IMG/VR virus record: IMGVR_UViG_3300017647_000006
Span: 1 to 52,698 of that record
Direction: 5' to 3' (one strand)
Source: a virus
Lineage: Duplodnaviria > Caudoviricetes
Length of the DNA stretch: 52,698 bases
Positions 27,852 through 35,976 of the stretch are shown here, piece after piece (position 1 is the first letter of the stretch; every line of letters starts with the position of its first letter). Both the position numbers and the translations under genes were made by a program. Below the pieces are notes generated by a model, which did not search any database, had not been told where the DNA came from, and saw only the letters and a program-made list of their open reading frames with translations.

Positions 27852-29223
27852 GCGAGCATTGACCGTCCTGTCTGCCGGCCTCGCACCGCGGACGAAAGCG
27901 AACCTGTCACCGCCGGATAACCGGGGCTGGTATCGCATTCTTGAGAGTTTTTCAGGGGCTTGGCAGCGCAACGTCGAAGTCGATCAGACGGCGGTGCTGG
28001 CGAACCACGCGATCTTTTCTTGCACGACGCTGGTTGCGCGCGACATCGCCAAGCTGCGCGTCAAACTGGTCGAGCGCGACAAGGATGGCATTTGGACGGA
28101 AACCGACCGCCCATCGCCTCTTGCGCCGGTCCTGCGGAAGCCCAATCATTTCCAGACCCGGAATCAATTCTGGGAATCGTGGATGCTGTCGAAGCTGTCG
28201 CGCGGCAACACCTATGTCCTCAAAAAGCGCGACAATCGCAACGTCGTGACCGCGCTCTATGTGCTCGACCCGAACCGCGTGAAGCCCATGATCGCGCCGG
28301 ACGGGACGGTTTATTACCAGCTTTCGTGCGACAACATCGCCGGGATCGAGGAAAGCCAAATCCTCGTGCCTGCCAGCGAAATCATCCATGATCGCTTCAA
28401 CACGCTCTTTCATCCGCTGGTCGGGCTGTCGCCGATTTTTGCGAGCGGACTGGCCGCGACGCAAGGCCTGAAAATTCAGGAAAGCAGCGCCAACTTCTTC
28501 GCCAATTCGTCGAAGCCAGGCGGCCTTCTTGTCGCGCCTGGCCGAATTGACCCTGACAACGCGGCCCGCCTCAAAGAGACTTGGGAAACCAAATACAGCG
28601 GCGCGAACGCGGGCAAAATCGCCGTCCTTGGCGATGGAATGCAATACACGGCGCTGACCGTGAACCCCGTAGACTCCCAGATGGTCGAGCAACTCAAATG
28701 GACCGCTGAGCAGATTTGCGGGACGTTCCATGTCCCCGCCTACAAAATCGGGATCGGCGCGATGCCGACCTTCAACAACATCTCCGCGTTGAACACCGAA
28801 TATTACGCGCAGGGCCTTCAGTCGCACCTAGAGGACATCGAAAGCCTGCTCGACGAAGGGTTGGGCATGAAGGCCAACATCGGGACCGAGTTCGATCTGG
28901 ATACCTTGCTGCGGATGGACCCGGCAACCCAGATGGACACGCTCGAAAAGTCCAAGGGCAAGCTGACAGTCAACGAACAGCGCGCCAAGCTGGACAAGAA
29001 GCCGGTCAAGGGCGGCGACACGGTCTATCTGCAAGAGCAGGATCACAGCCTCGAATGGCTCGCCAAGCGCGACGCACAGCCGATCGAAGCGCCTGCCCCA
29101 TCGCCTGCCCCTGCCAACGATGACGACGACCCTGAAGCGCAGGAGGCGAAGGCGATCATTGCTGGCGCCGAATTGCGGAAGGCGCTGTTTATTCGTCCTT
29201 CGCGGGCGGAGGTTCGGACTTGA
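27844..29223 (+). CDS. Portal protein (HK97 family)
   Basis: LRKPNHFQT, RGNTY, IIHDR...GLSPI, FHVP, LTVNEQR, PVKGGD. Confidence 0.93.
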   Translation: MLERALTVLSAGLAPRTKANLSPPDNRGWYRILESFSGAWQRNVEVDQTAVLANHAIFSCTTLVARDIAKLRVKLVERDKDGIWTETDRPSPLAPVLRKPNHFQTRNQFWESWMLSKLSRGNTYVLKKRDNRNVVTALYVLDPNRVKPMIAPDGTVYYQLSCDNIAGIEESQILVPASEIIHDRFNTLFHPLVGLSPIFASGLAATQGLKIQESSANFFANSSKPGGLLVAPGRIDPDNAARLKETWETKYSGANAGKIAVLGDGMQYTALTVNPVDSQMVEQLKWTAEQICGTFHVPAYKIGIGAMPTFNNISALNTEYYAQGLQSHLEDIESLLDEGLGMKANIGTEFDLDTLLRMDPATQMDTLEKSKGKLTVNEQRAKLDKKPVKGGDTVYLQEQDHSLEWLAKRDAQPIEAPAPSPAPANDDDDPEAQEAKAIIAGAELRKALFIRPSRAEVRT

Positions 29224-29353
29224 TACCCTGTTCGATGAGTCGTCGGATAGCATCCGAGCGCGACCAGATTTTGTGCTTGGCACGCCATTCGTCGAGAGCG
29301 TCGATTTCGCTCTGACTGATCACGAGTTGGATTCGCACGTCTTTCCGCTCCAT
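29189..29353 (-). CDS. Ribbon-helix-helix (CopG/Arc-like) regulator
   Basis: Not in the ORF track. 54 aa: MERKDVRIQLVISQSEIDALDEWRAKHKIWSRSDAIRRLIEQGIKSEPPPAKDE, with an alternating beta strand, a helix and an SRSDAIRRLI helix. Confidence 0.8.
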   Translation of the reverse strand: MERKDVRIQLVISQSEIDALDEWRAKHKIWSRSDAIRRLIEQGIKSEPPPAKDE

Positions 29354-29380
29354 TTTCGCGCCGTCTCACGATGGCGGTTG

Positions 29381-29480
29381 AGTTACAAGAGCAAGTTACA
29401 CAACTTTGCTTGACGCATCAACATGGTGAAGTTACACACCATGAGGCAGGCACAACCCGCCTGCGGTGCCGAGCAAAGGA
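29381..29480 (+). promoter_or_regulatory. Divergent promoter/operator region of the inserted cassette
   Basis: AGTTACA x3 (29381, 29394, 29430), TTGACG at 29410, inverted repeat CATGGTG (29422-29428)/CACCATG (29437-29443), RBS AAGGA at 29476. Confidence 0.6.
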
Positions 29481-29489
29481 TTTACGCAA

Positions 29490-30242
29490 ATGGCAAAGAA
29501 AGCGGTTGAACAGGAAATCATGGTCCCGGAACTTCGCCGGGGGATCGTGAAGTTGCGGATCATTGGTGAGACGCCGATGTTCCAAAACAGGATGGCGGCG
29601 AAGGCGAAGCAACAGCTTCTGGTCGGAGGTCGAAAGAAGACGGCGGCCGATCGGGCGCAGATCAAGCATCACCCGGTGGCCGAGTTCCGCGACAGCCTTG
29701 AGCGGATGCGCGACGGGCCGACCGCGCTGGGGTTGCGCGTCGTGGCCATGAAGGCGGCAATGTGCACGGCGGCGCTGGAGACGTCGGGCATCACGAAGAC
29801 GTCGGCGCAGCGCCTGCTGTTCATGCCCGGCGACCTGTCGGCGCTCTATGGGGTGCCGCAGCTTCGCATGGACGTGGTGCGGTCGGCGGACATCAACCGG
29901 ACGCCGGACGTGCGGACGCGGGCTTTCCTGCCCAAGTGGGGCGCCGAAATCGAAATCCATCACGTCCTGCCGCAGTTGCCGGTGGCGAGCGTTGTGACGC
30001 TGGCCTGCAATGCTGGTGTGCTCGTCGGTCTTGGTGACTTCCGGCAGGAGAAGGGCAAGGGCGCGTTCGGTTCGTTCCGGGTCATCACGCCGGACATGCA
30101 GGATGACGAATGGGACGATCTGGTCGCCAATCATGGGCGTGACGCTCAGTTGGCTGCGATCGACAGCCCGGAATATGCGGATGAGGACACCGCCGAATTG
30201 ATGGAATATTTCTTCGGCGAAGAGAAGCGGAGGGCCGCATAA
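29490..30242 (+). CDS. Stand-alone RAMP/Cas7-like RNA-binding protein
   Basis: 250 aa. N-terminal strand VKLRIIGETPM, MKAAM helix, thumb-like hairpin RMDVVR...DVRTRA, and C-terminal glycine-rich loop AGVLVGLGDFRQEKGKGAFGSFRV, in the order seen in RAMP/Cas7-group proteins. Recognised by eye. Confidence 0.7.
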   Translation: MAKKAVEQEIMVPELRRGIVKLRIIGETPMFQNRMAAKAKQQLLVGGRKKTAADRAQIKHHPVAEFRDSLERMRDGPTALGLRVVAMKAAMCTAALETSGITKTSAQRLLFMPGDLSALYGVPQLRMDVVRSADINRTPDVRTRAFLPKWGAEIEIHHVLPQLPVASVVTLACNAGVLVGLGDFRQEKGKGAFGSFRVITPDMQDDEWDDLVANHGRDAQLAAIDSPEYADEDTAELMEYFFGEEKRRAA

Positions 30243-30737
30243 ATGGCGCGTTTCACGAAGGCTCTGCGTCAGCAGATTATTCGCGAGTTCGCCGAGGCGC
30301 ACGGCGGGGTGTTTGACCCCGCCGCGTTCCTGTCGGCGGTCCATGATGAGGGTGAAGGCCACCCCGCCTATGAGTGGTTCGAGTGGAGCGACGACAAGGC
30401 CGCTCTGGAGTATAGGCTCGATCAGGCCCGCGACTTTGCGCGCGGCTTGGTCGTCCGGTTCGAGGTTCAAGAGGTTCATCGCGGCAAGATGCGGATCGCC
30501 GAGCGCAGCGCGCCGCTCGTGATGAGTCCGCTCGGCACGCGGAGGGATGGCGGCGGCTATGTCGTCACCGACCCGAACGACCCCGCGCATATGGAAGAAT
30601 TGCGCCGACAGGCCGCTGGCTCGCTGCGCTGGTATATCTCGCGCTATGAAGCGGTGCTGGCTGATGTTGGAGCGATGCAGCAATTCGAGCGCACGCTTGG
30701 GATGCTGGAAGTCGTGGAGCATCGCGAGGCTGCATAG
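30243..30737 (+). CDS. Partner protein of unknown function in the RAMP cassette
   Basis: 164 aa, starts directly after the RAMP-like stop. HPAYEWFEWSDDKAA.EYRLDQAR motif. Its stop codon overlaps the first array motif. Confidence 0.75.
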   Translation: MARFTKALRQQIIREFAEAHGGVFDPAAFLSAVHDEGEGHPAYEWFEWSDDKAALEYRLDQARDFARGLVVRFEVQEVHRGKMRIAERSAPLVMSPLGTRRDGGGYVVTDPNDPAHMEELRRQAAGSLRWYISRYEAVLADVGAMQQFERTLGMLEVVEHREAA

Positions 30738-31142
30738 GCAGGCAAGGCTCGGCGTGACGTGGCGAGTAATGGCGCGATGCGGCGAGGCGAGGTTTGGCAG
30801 GCGCGAAATGGCCCGGCGTGGTCGGGTAGCGATTGGCTCGGTCAGGACCGGCAGGCGAGTTACGGCATGGCGCGGCCCGGCGGGGAGCGGCTTGGCAGGC
30901 GTGAAGCGGCGAGCCAAGGCGAGGTTTGGTCGGGAGCGCGCGGTCAGGCAAGGCAGGCGCGGCGTGGCTTGGATCGACTGGGCATGGCACGGTTTGATAT
31001 GGCGCGGTTAGGCAGGCGTGGATGGGTTCGGCACGGCTAGGCCAGCGGTGGCGCGGACCGGATTGGCATGGCAGGTATGGTCAGGAACGGCACGGCTTGA
31101 TGAGGCACGTTTAGGCGGGGTCAGGCCTGGTATGGCCGGCAC
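30737..31142 (+). repeat. GGY-NN pentamer array in seven GGCA-delimited units (putative guide ncRNA)
   Basis: Manual parse: 73 pentamers, 72 starting with G and 52 with GGC/GGT, last two bases variable. GGCA tetramers at 30737, 30796, 30850, 30894, 30952, 31011 and 31070, and GGCC at 31134. Confidence 0.9.
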
Positions 31143-31321
31143 ACAAAGGGCGATCCTCCGGGGGCGGGCTTTTCATTGGATGACCTCATGGCCCGAACCG
31201 TTCGTCGAACGGCAATGAGCCATCGCTCACGGCGCGACGGCTTAGGTGCGCCGCAGATGTACCGGAAACCGAAATCAGCGGGCGGCCAATGAGCCGCCAC
31301 CCTTTATCATAAGGAGGCCGC

Positions 31322-32326
31322 ATGAACGCGACCGCTATCAGGGCCATGATGGGCGAACTAGCTCCCGTCATCCGCGAATATGTGGCCGCCGAGATTGCCG
31401 ACGTGCGCGCGGAGAATGCGGCGTTGAAGGCCGTGAACGCGGAACAGGCAAAGCGCCTCGCCGCATTGGAAGCCCGCGAGATGCCGAGCGTCGAAGGTCT
31501 CGCCAGCGTCGAAACCGTGCGCGGGATGATCGAAGCCGCCCTGCCCGATGTAGCATCGGAAATGCAGCCGCTCATCGCCCGCATGGATGCGATCGTCGAG
31601 ACCGGCGAGGAACGCGATGCCCGCTTGGTAGCCGTCGAGCAGCGTGAGATGCCGAGCCTTGAGGGCTACGTGACCGCCGAGGAAGCCAAGTCGATCGCCT
31701 CCGAGACTGTATCGGCCGCCATTGCCGAAATCCCGGCGCCACAGGACGGAAAGAGCATCGAGCCGGAAGAAGTACAGGCGATGGTCGACAAGGCCGTGGC
31801 GGCGCTCCCTGTGCCTGAGGCCCCCGAACCCATCGCGCCCGACATGGAAGCGATCGGCAAGATGATCGCGGACGGTATCGCCAAGGCCATCAGCGAATTG
31901 CCGCCCGCGGAGAAGGGCGAGCCCGGTGTCGGCTTGGCCGGCGCCATGATCGACCGCGACGGCAACCTGGTCGTGACGACCAGCGACGGGCGGACGCACA
32001 ATCTGGGCCTTGTCGTCGGCAAGGATGGCGCACCGGGTGAGACCTTCACGCTCGACGACTTCGACATTGAGCAGACCGATGAACGCACGCTGGAATTCAA
32101 GTTCCTGCGCGGCGACACGATGCACACGTTCGAGCTGGAATTTCCGGTGCCGATCTTCCGTGGCGCGTGGAAGGAAGGTCGAACCTACTCGAAGGGTGAC
32201 ATGGTTGTCTGGGGCGGCAGCTTGTGGGCGGCCACGAAGCAAACCGGCGCCAAGCCCGATTCGCCCGATAGTGGCTGGATGATCGCCGCTCGCAAGGGCC
32301 GCGATGGCAAGAGCGCGAAGGACTGA
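31322..32326 (+). CDS. Head-region structural protein with coiled coil and internal repeats
   Basis: AAGGAGG RBS, REMPSVEG/REMPSLEG repeat, GKDG motifs, C-terminal FRGAWKEG..Y.KGD.V.WGGSLW. Confidence 0.75.
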   Translation: MNATAIRAMMGELAPVIREYVAAEIADVRAENAALKAVNAEQAKRLAALEAREMPSVEGLASVETVRGMIEAALPDVASEMQPLIARMDAIVETGEERDARLVAVEQREMPSLEGYVTAEEAKSIASETVSAAIAEIPAPQDGKSIEPEEVQAMVDKAVAALPVPEAPEPIAPDMEAIGKMIADGIAKAISELPPAEKGEPGVGLAGAMIDRDGNLVVTTSDGRTHNLGLVVGKDGAPGETFTLDDFDIEQTDERTLEFKFLRGDTMHTFELEFPVPIFRGAWKEGRTYSKGDMVVWGGSLWAATKQTGAKPDSPDSGWMIAARKGRDGKSAKD

Positions 32327-32327
32327 C

Positions 32328-32879
32328 ATGCGCCGCCTCGAAATCGGCCCCGGCGCCGAACGTCTGCCCGGGTTCGAGACCTTCAACATCGCGCCCGGCC
32401 CGTTCACCGATCATGTCGGGGATGCGCGCCGTCTGCCTTTCAAGGATGGCACTTTCGCCGAGGTCTATTCGTCGCACTGCATCGAACATATCGAATGGTT
32501 TGACGTCGAGGCGACGATTGCCGAATGGGTGCGGGTAATCGCACCGGGTGGCTGGCTTGAGGTTCACACGGTTGATTCCACCTCGCTCATGCGTGCGATG
32601 CTCGAATGGGAGGAAACGGGCGAGACCAGCCGCTCGGCGGGGGCGTGGAAGCGCGAGCTGCACAAGGGCCACCCCTTCGTCGCCGCGGCGGGGCGCATCC
32701 TTTGCTACGCCAAGAAAGACGACCGGGGCGCGAACATGCACCGGGCGATCCTGACGCCGCGATATCTGCGCGAATGCTTCGAGCGGGCCGGGCTGGTCGA
32801 TCTGGAGACGGTCGCCGAGCCGCGCGGGTCAAAGAAGCATCGGAGCATCAACATGGGGCTGCGAGGGCGGAAGTGCTGA
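32328..32879 (+). CDS. Class I SAM-dependent methyltransferase domain protein
   Basis: RLEIGPG, GDARRLPF, VYSSHCIEH, RVIAPGG. Confidence 0.85.
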   Translation: MRRLEIGPGAERLPGFETFNIAPGPFTDHVGDARRLPFKDGTFAEVYSSHCIEHIEWFDVEATIAEWVRVIAPGGWLEVHTVDSTSLMRAMLEWEETGETSRSAGAWKRELHKGHPFVAAAGRILCYAKKDDRGANMHRAILTPRYLRECFERAGLVDLETVAEPRGSKKHRSINMGLRGRKC

Positions 32880-33715
32880 GCATCCGGACTCTGTCCGACA
32901 TGGCGCGGATCATCACCGCGAACCTGCATCGGATTGATCGAAGCGCCTTCGACTGCATCGTCGGCGTTCCCCGCTCGGGCATGATCCCGGCGAGCATAAT
33001 CGCGACGCAGCTTCAAATGCCGCTCGCTGACGTTGAGGGATATGGGCGGGGCATCGTGCATGGACGCTCAGGGCGCTCTGTCGAGGCTGGCAGGCGCATC
33101 CTGCTGGTCGATGATAGTTGCAATAAGGGAGGCGCGTTCAAGCGCGCTGTGAGCCTTCTGCCGAAGGGAACAAAGGCAACCCGGCTGGCGATCTTCGGCC
33201 CCTACCAGGTCGAGCCGGAATCGGTCTGCGATATGTGGTTCGAGGTCGTCCACGGCCCGCGGATATTCGCGTGGAACTGGACGAAGCACATTCGCTTGCC
33301 TCGCTGGGGCTTCGACATGGACGGCGTTCTCTGCCGCGACAATACGAAGGCCGAGAATGACGATGGCCCGCGCTACGCCGAGTTTCTGGCGACTGCCGAA
33401 CCGCTGTTCATTCCGCAGCGCGCGATCGGGCACATTATCACCGGGCGGGCGGAGAAATATCGGCCCCAGACCGAGGCGTGGCTCGCGCGGCACGGGATAC
33501 AGTTCGAGAGCCTGACCATGACCCCTTGGGCGACCAAGGGCGAGCGGATGGAGGCGATGCGGGCGACAGGTGGCCGCGGCGCGTGGAAGGCTGGGCACGC
33601 GGAAAGGCTGGGAGTCGAGATGTTCATCGAAAGCTGCCCGAAACAGGCGGGCATCATCGCGCGCGAGGCGGGTATTCCGGTTTTCTGCACAGCGACACAG
33701 GAGCTGGCGGCATGA
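32873..33715 (+). CDS. Phosphoribosyltransferase + HAD-like phosphatase fusion
   Basis: VGVPRSG and ILLVDDSCNKGG (PRT), then FDMDGVL, IITGR and FIES (HAD-like). Confidence 0.8.
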   Translation: MLSIRTLSDMARIITANLHRIDRSAFDCIVGVPRSGMIPASIIATQLQMPLADVEGYGRGIVHGRSGRSVEAGRRILLVDDSCNKGGAFKRAVSLLPKGTKATRLAIFGPYQVEPESVCDMWFEVVHGPRIFAWNWTKHIRLPRWGFDMDGVLCRDNTKAENDDGPRYAEFLATAEPLFIPQRAIGHIITGRAEKYRPQTEAWLARHGIQFESLTMTPWATKGERMEAMRATGGRGAWKAGHAERLGVEMFIESCPKQAGIIAREAGIPVFCTATQELAA

Positions 33716-34446
33716 TCCTCTCTCTCGTCATGCCATTCTATCTGAACAGCGGTATGCTCGCGCTGCAATATGCCGAGATGACCCGCTGGTCGGACAAGGC
33801 CAAGGCGCAGATCGAGGTGGTGATCGTCGACGATGGATCGCCCGAGCCCGCGGTTGACGTTGAACGACCAGAGGGCCTGCCGGACCTGCGGATTTATCGG
33901 GTTCTGGAGGATCGGCCTTGGTTCCAGAACGGCGCGCGGAATATCGCGGCGCATGAGGCGAAGGGAACATGGCTGATATCGACCGACATCGATCATGTGC
34001 TGACGGCGGAGAATGCGGACGCGCTGCTGAAGCGGATGCACCGGCTCGATCCCGAAACGGCCTATATGCTGCACCGCGTGGAAGCCGACACCGGGCTGCC
34101 GACATTGAACGCCAAGGGAAAACCGAAGCCGCACCCCAACAGCTTCGTGCTCACCCGCGACATGTATTGGCGGCTCGGGGGCTACGACGAGTGGTTCACA
34201 GGAATCTACGGGACCGATTCAATGTGGAGGGCCCGTCTCTATGCCGTCGCCAAGCAGGGTTTTCTCAAGCACGTCGCGCTGACCCGATATTGGCGCGGCC
34301 TTGTGCCAGACGCTTCGACCACGACGCTGCCGCGAAAGGAAGGGCGCGTTCCCGGCGAGAAAGAGGCCATCGCTTTGGCGAAGAAGGCGGCGGGCAAGGA
34401 GGATGAAATCCTGTCCTTGTCGGCTGAATACGAAAGGGCGCTGTGA
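33712..34446 (+). CDS. Glycosyltransferase family 2
   Basis: SLVMPFY, VIVDDGS, ARNIA, TDID (DxD), LGGYDEWF..YGTD. Confidence 0.88.
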   Translation: MILSLVMPFYLNSGMLALQYAEMTRWSDKAKAQIEVVIVDDGSPEPAVDVERPEGLPDLRIYRVLEDRPWFQNGARNIAAHEAKGTWLISTDIDHVLTAENADALLKRMHRLDPETAYMLHRVEADTGLPTLNAKGKPKPHPNSFVLTRDMYWRLGGYDEWFTGIYGTDSMWRARLYAVAKQGFLKHVALTRYWRGLVPDASTTTLPRKEGRVPGEKEAIALAKKAAGKEDEILSLSAEYERAL

Positions 34447-34991
34447 TGGAGCGTTGGCTGCCGGTCGTTGGCTATGAAGGCCATTACGAGGTGTCGGACC
34501 TTGGGCGAGTTCGGAGCGTCGCCCGCGTAATCACACGAGTGATGCCCGATGGATTGGTCCAGCACCAGCGCCGACCTGAAAAGATCATGGGGCAGTCAAC
34601 GCATGGTGACCGATGGTATGCCCGCGTCACGCTTTGCGTCGATTACCAAAGAAAGACGATTTCCGTTCACACTCTGGTATTGGAGGCCTTCGTCGGTCCG
34701 GCGCCGGATGGGATGGAGTGCAGGCATCTCGATGGAAACCAGAGGAATAATCGGCTCGGAAATCTCGCATGGGGCACGCCCGATCAGAACCAGGCAGACA
34801 AAGTTCGGCATGGGACAATTCTGAAGGGCGAGCGGGTCGTTCAATCGGTCCTGACTGCCAGTGATGTCGTTCAGATTCGGCGGCGCTACGCAAATGGGGA
34901 GCGTCAGTATCGGCTCGCCCGTGAACTCGGCGTCAGCAAGGCGACAATTTGCCGCGCGATACATGGCCGTTGCTGGGCTCACGTCGCATGA
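34446..34991 (+). CDS. NUMOD4-HNH homing endonuclease
   Basis: ERWLPVVGYEGHYEVSDLGRVRS (NUMOD4), VHTLVLEAF...CRHLDGN..NNRLGNLAWGT, C-terminal HTH. Confidence 0.9.
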   Translation: MERWLPVVGYEGHYEVSDLGRVRSVARVITRVMPDGLVQHQRRPEKIMGQSTHGDRWYARVTLCVDYQRKTISVHTLVLEAFVGPAPDGMECRHLDGNQRNNRLGNLAWGTPDQNQADKVRHGTILKGERVVQSVLTASDVVQIRRRYANGERQYRLARELGVSKATICRAIHGRCWAHVA

Positions 34992-35701
34992 TTTCGATCA
35001 TCTTCTGGCTGTGGCGCCAAGAGAAAACCCGCACTCTCTACACCGCAAATCATGTGAACGTCGCCGCAGCCATGGTGCGCCGCAACCTGTCGATGCCGCA
35101 CCGCATCGCCTGCGTGACCGATATGCCGGAAGGGATAGACCGGAGCGTGGAGATCATCACCCCGCCGGGGGATTTTCTCGATATCTCCAACCCGCGTTGG
35201 ACCAACGGCCGGCCCCAGTGTTACCGGCGCCTGTCGATGTTCCGCCGCGATGCCGGGGAGATTTTCGGCGAGCGGTTCGTTTCTATGGATTTAGATTGTG
35301 TCGTCGGCGGCCCGCTCGATCCGCTGTTTGATCGGCCCGAGGATCTTGTACTGTTCAAGGGCACGCTGCGGGGGCGTCCGTATAACGGATCGATGATGAT
35401 GATCCGGGCGGGCTGCCGACCCGATGTTTACGAGGATTTCAACCAGGAGGCCGCGCTGGAATCGGGGCGCCTCTTCTGCGGGTCCGATCAAGCGTGGCTG
35501 ATGCACAAGCTCGGGCCGAACGAACCTGTCTGGGACGATGCAGACGGGGTTTACTGGTTCGGGGGCGCTTATCGAACGCGCCGGGATAAGGTGCCGCCGC
35601 GGGTTCTCTTCTTCCCCGGCAATCTGAAGCCTTGGGATGTCAAGAAAATCGACCCGTTCGCGCGCGAGCATTATCATCTGGATTTGATGGAGGCGGCATG
35701 A
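34988..35701 (+). CDS. GT-A fold glycosyltransferase
   Basis: ACVTD, SMDLDCVV (DxD), YNGSMM, GSDQAW, FFPG..KPW. Confidence 0.8.
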   Translation: MISIIFWLWRQEKTRTLYTANHVNVAAAMVRRNLSMPHRIACVTDMPEGIDRSVEIITPPGDFLDISNPRWTNGRPQCYRRLSMFRRDAGEIFGERFVSMDLDCVVGGPLDPLFDRPEDLVLFKGTLRGRPYNGSMMMIRAGCRPDVYEDFNQEAALESGRLFCGSDQAWLMHKLGPNEPVWDDADGVYWFGGAYRTRRDKVPPRVLFFPGNLKPWDVKKIDPFAREHYHLDLMEAA

Positions 35702-35976
35702 GCGTCAGTCTGGCAGACGTCAAAAAGCATTTGCACGTCCTCCACAACGACGATGACGATCAGCTTAACGACCTGATCGTCCAGTCACTTTCCGCCCTGC
35801 TGCGCTTCGTCGGCGAGGGATACGATGTCTATGCCGACGAATTGAACGCAGCGCAGATCATCTGGATCAGGTGGCGCTACTATTCCGACGAGGATGTTGA
35901 ACTGGACCCGATCCACAACCTGCCGCGCGCCTTCGTCGCCCTCGCCGGCCCCTTTCGGACCCCGACTGTCGCATGA
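35698..35976 (+). CDS. Head-tail connector (gp6-like)
   Basis: VSLADVKKHLHV...DDD motif and position. Confidence 0.8.
   Translation: MSVSLADVKKHLHVLHNDDDDQLNDLIVQSLSALLRFVGEGYDVYADELNAAQIIWIRWRYYSDEDVELDPIHNLPRAFVALAGPFRTPTVA

Noticed and set aside
30737-31142. Canonical CRISPR array or simple microsatellite
   Set aside because: There are no 25-45 nt identical repeats with unique spacers. Variation is position-specific and the units are non-identical, unlike slippage repeats.
31145-31175. Possible terminator after the array
   Set aside because: Only a weak, imperfect stem precedes the T-run, so it is not called.
30547-31218. ORFs over the array (30547-31011, 30759-31040, 31018-31218 on +, and 29418-30917, 30565-30990 on -) with ARxG/W-type periodic peptides
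   Set aside because: The periodic peptides follow from the 5-nt DNA period. The 4-nt GGCA steps break any codon logic, no clear RBS is seen, and the longer ones overlap better-supported genes.
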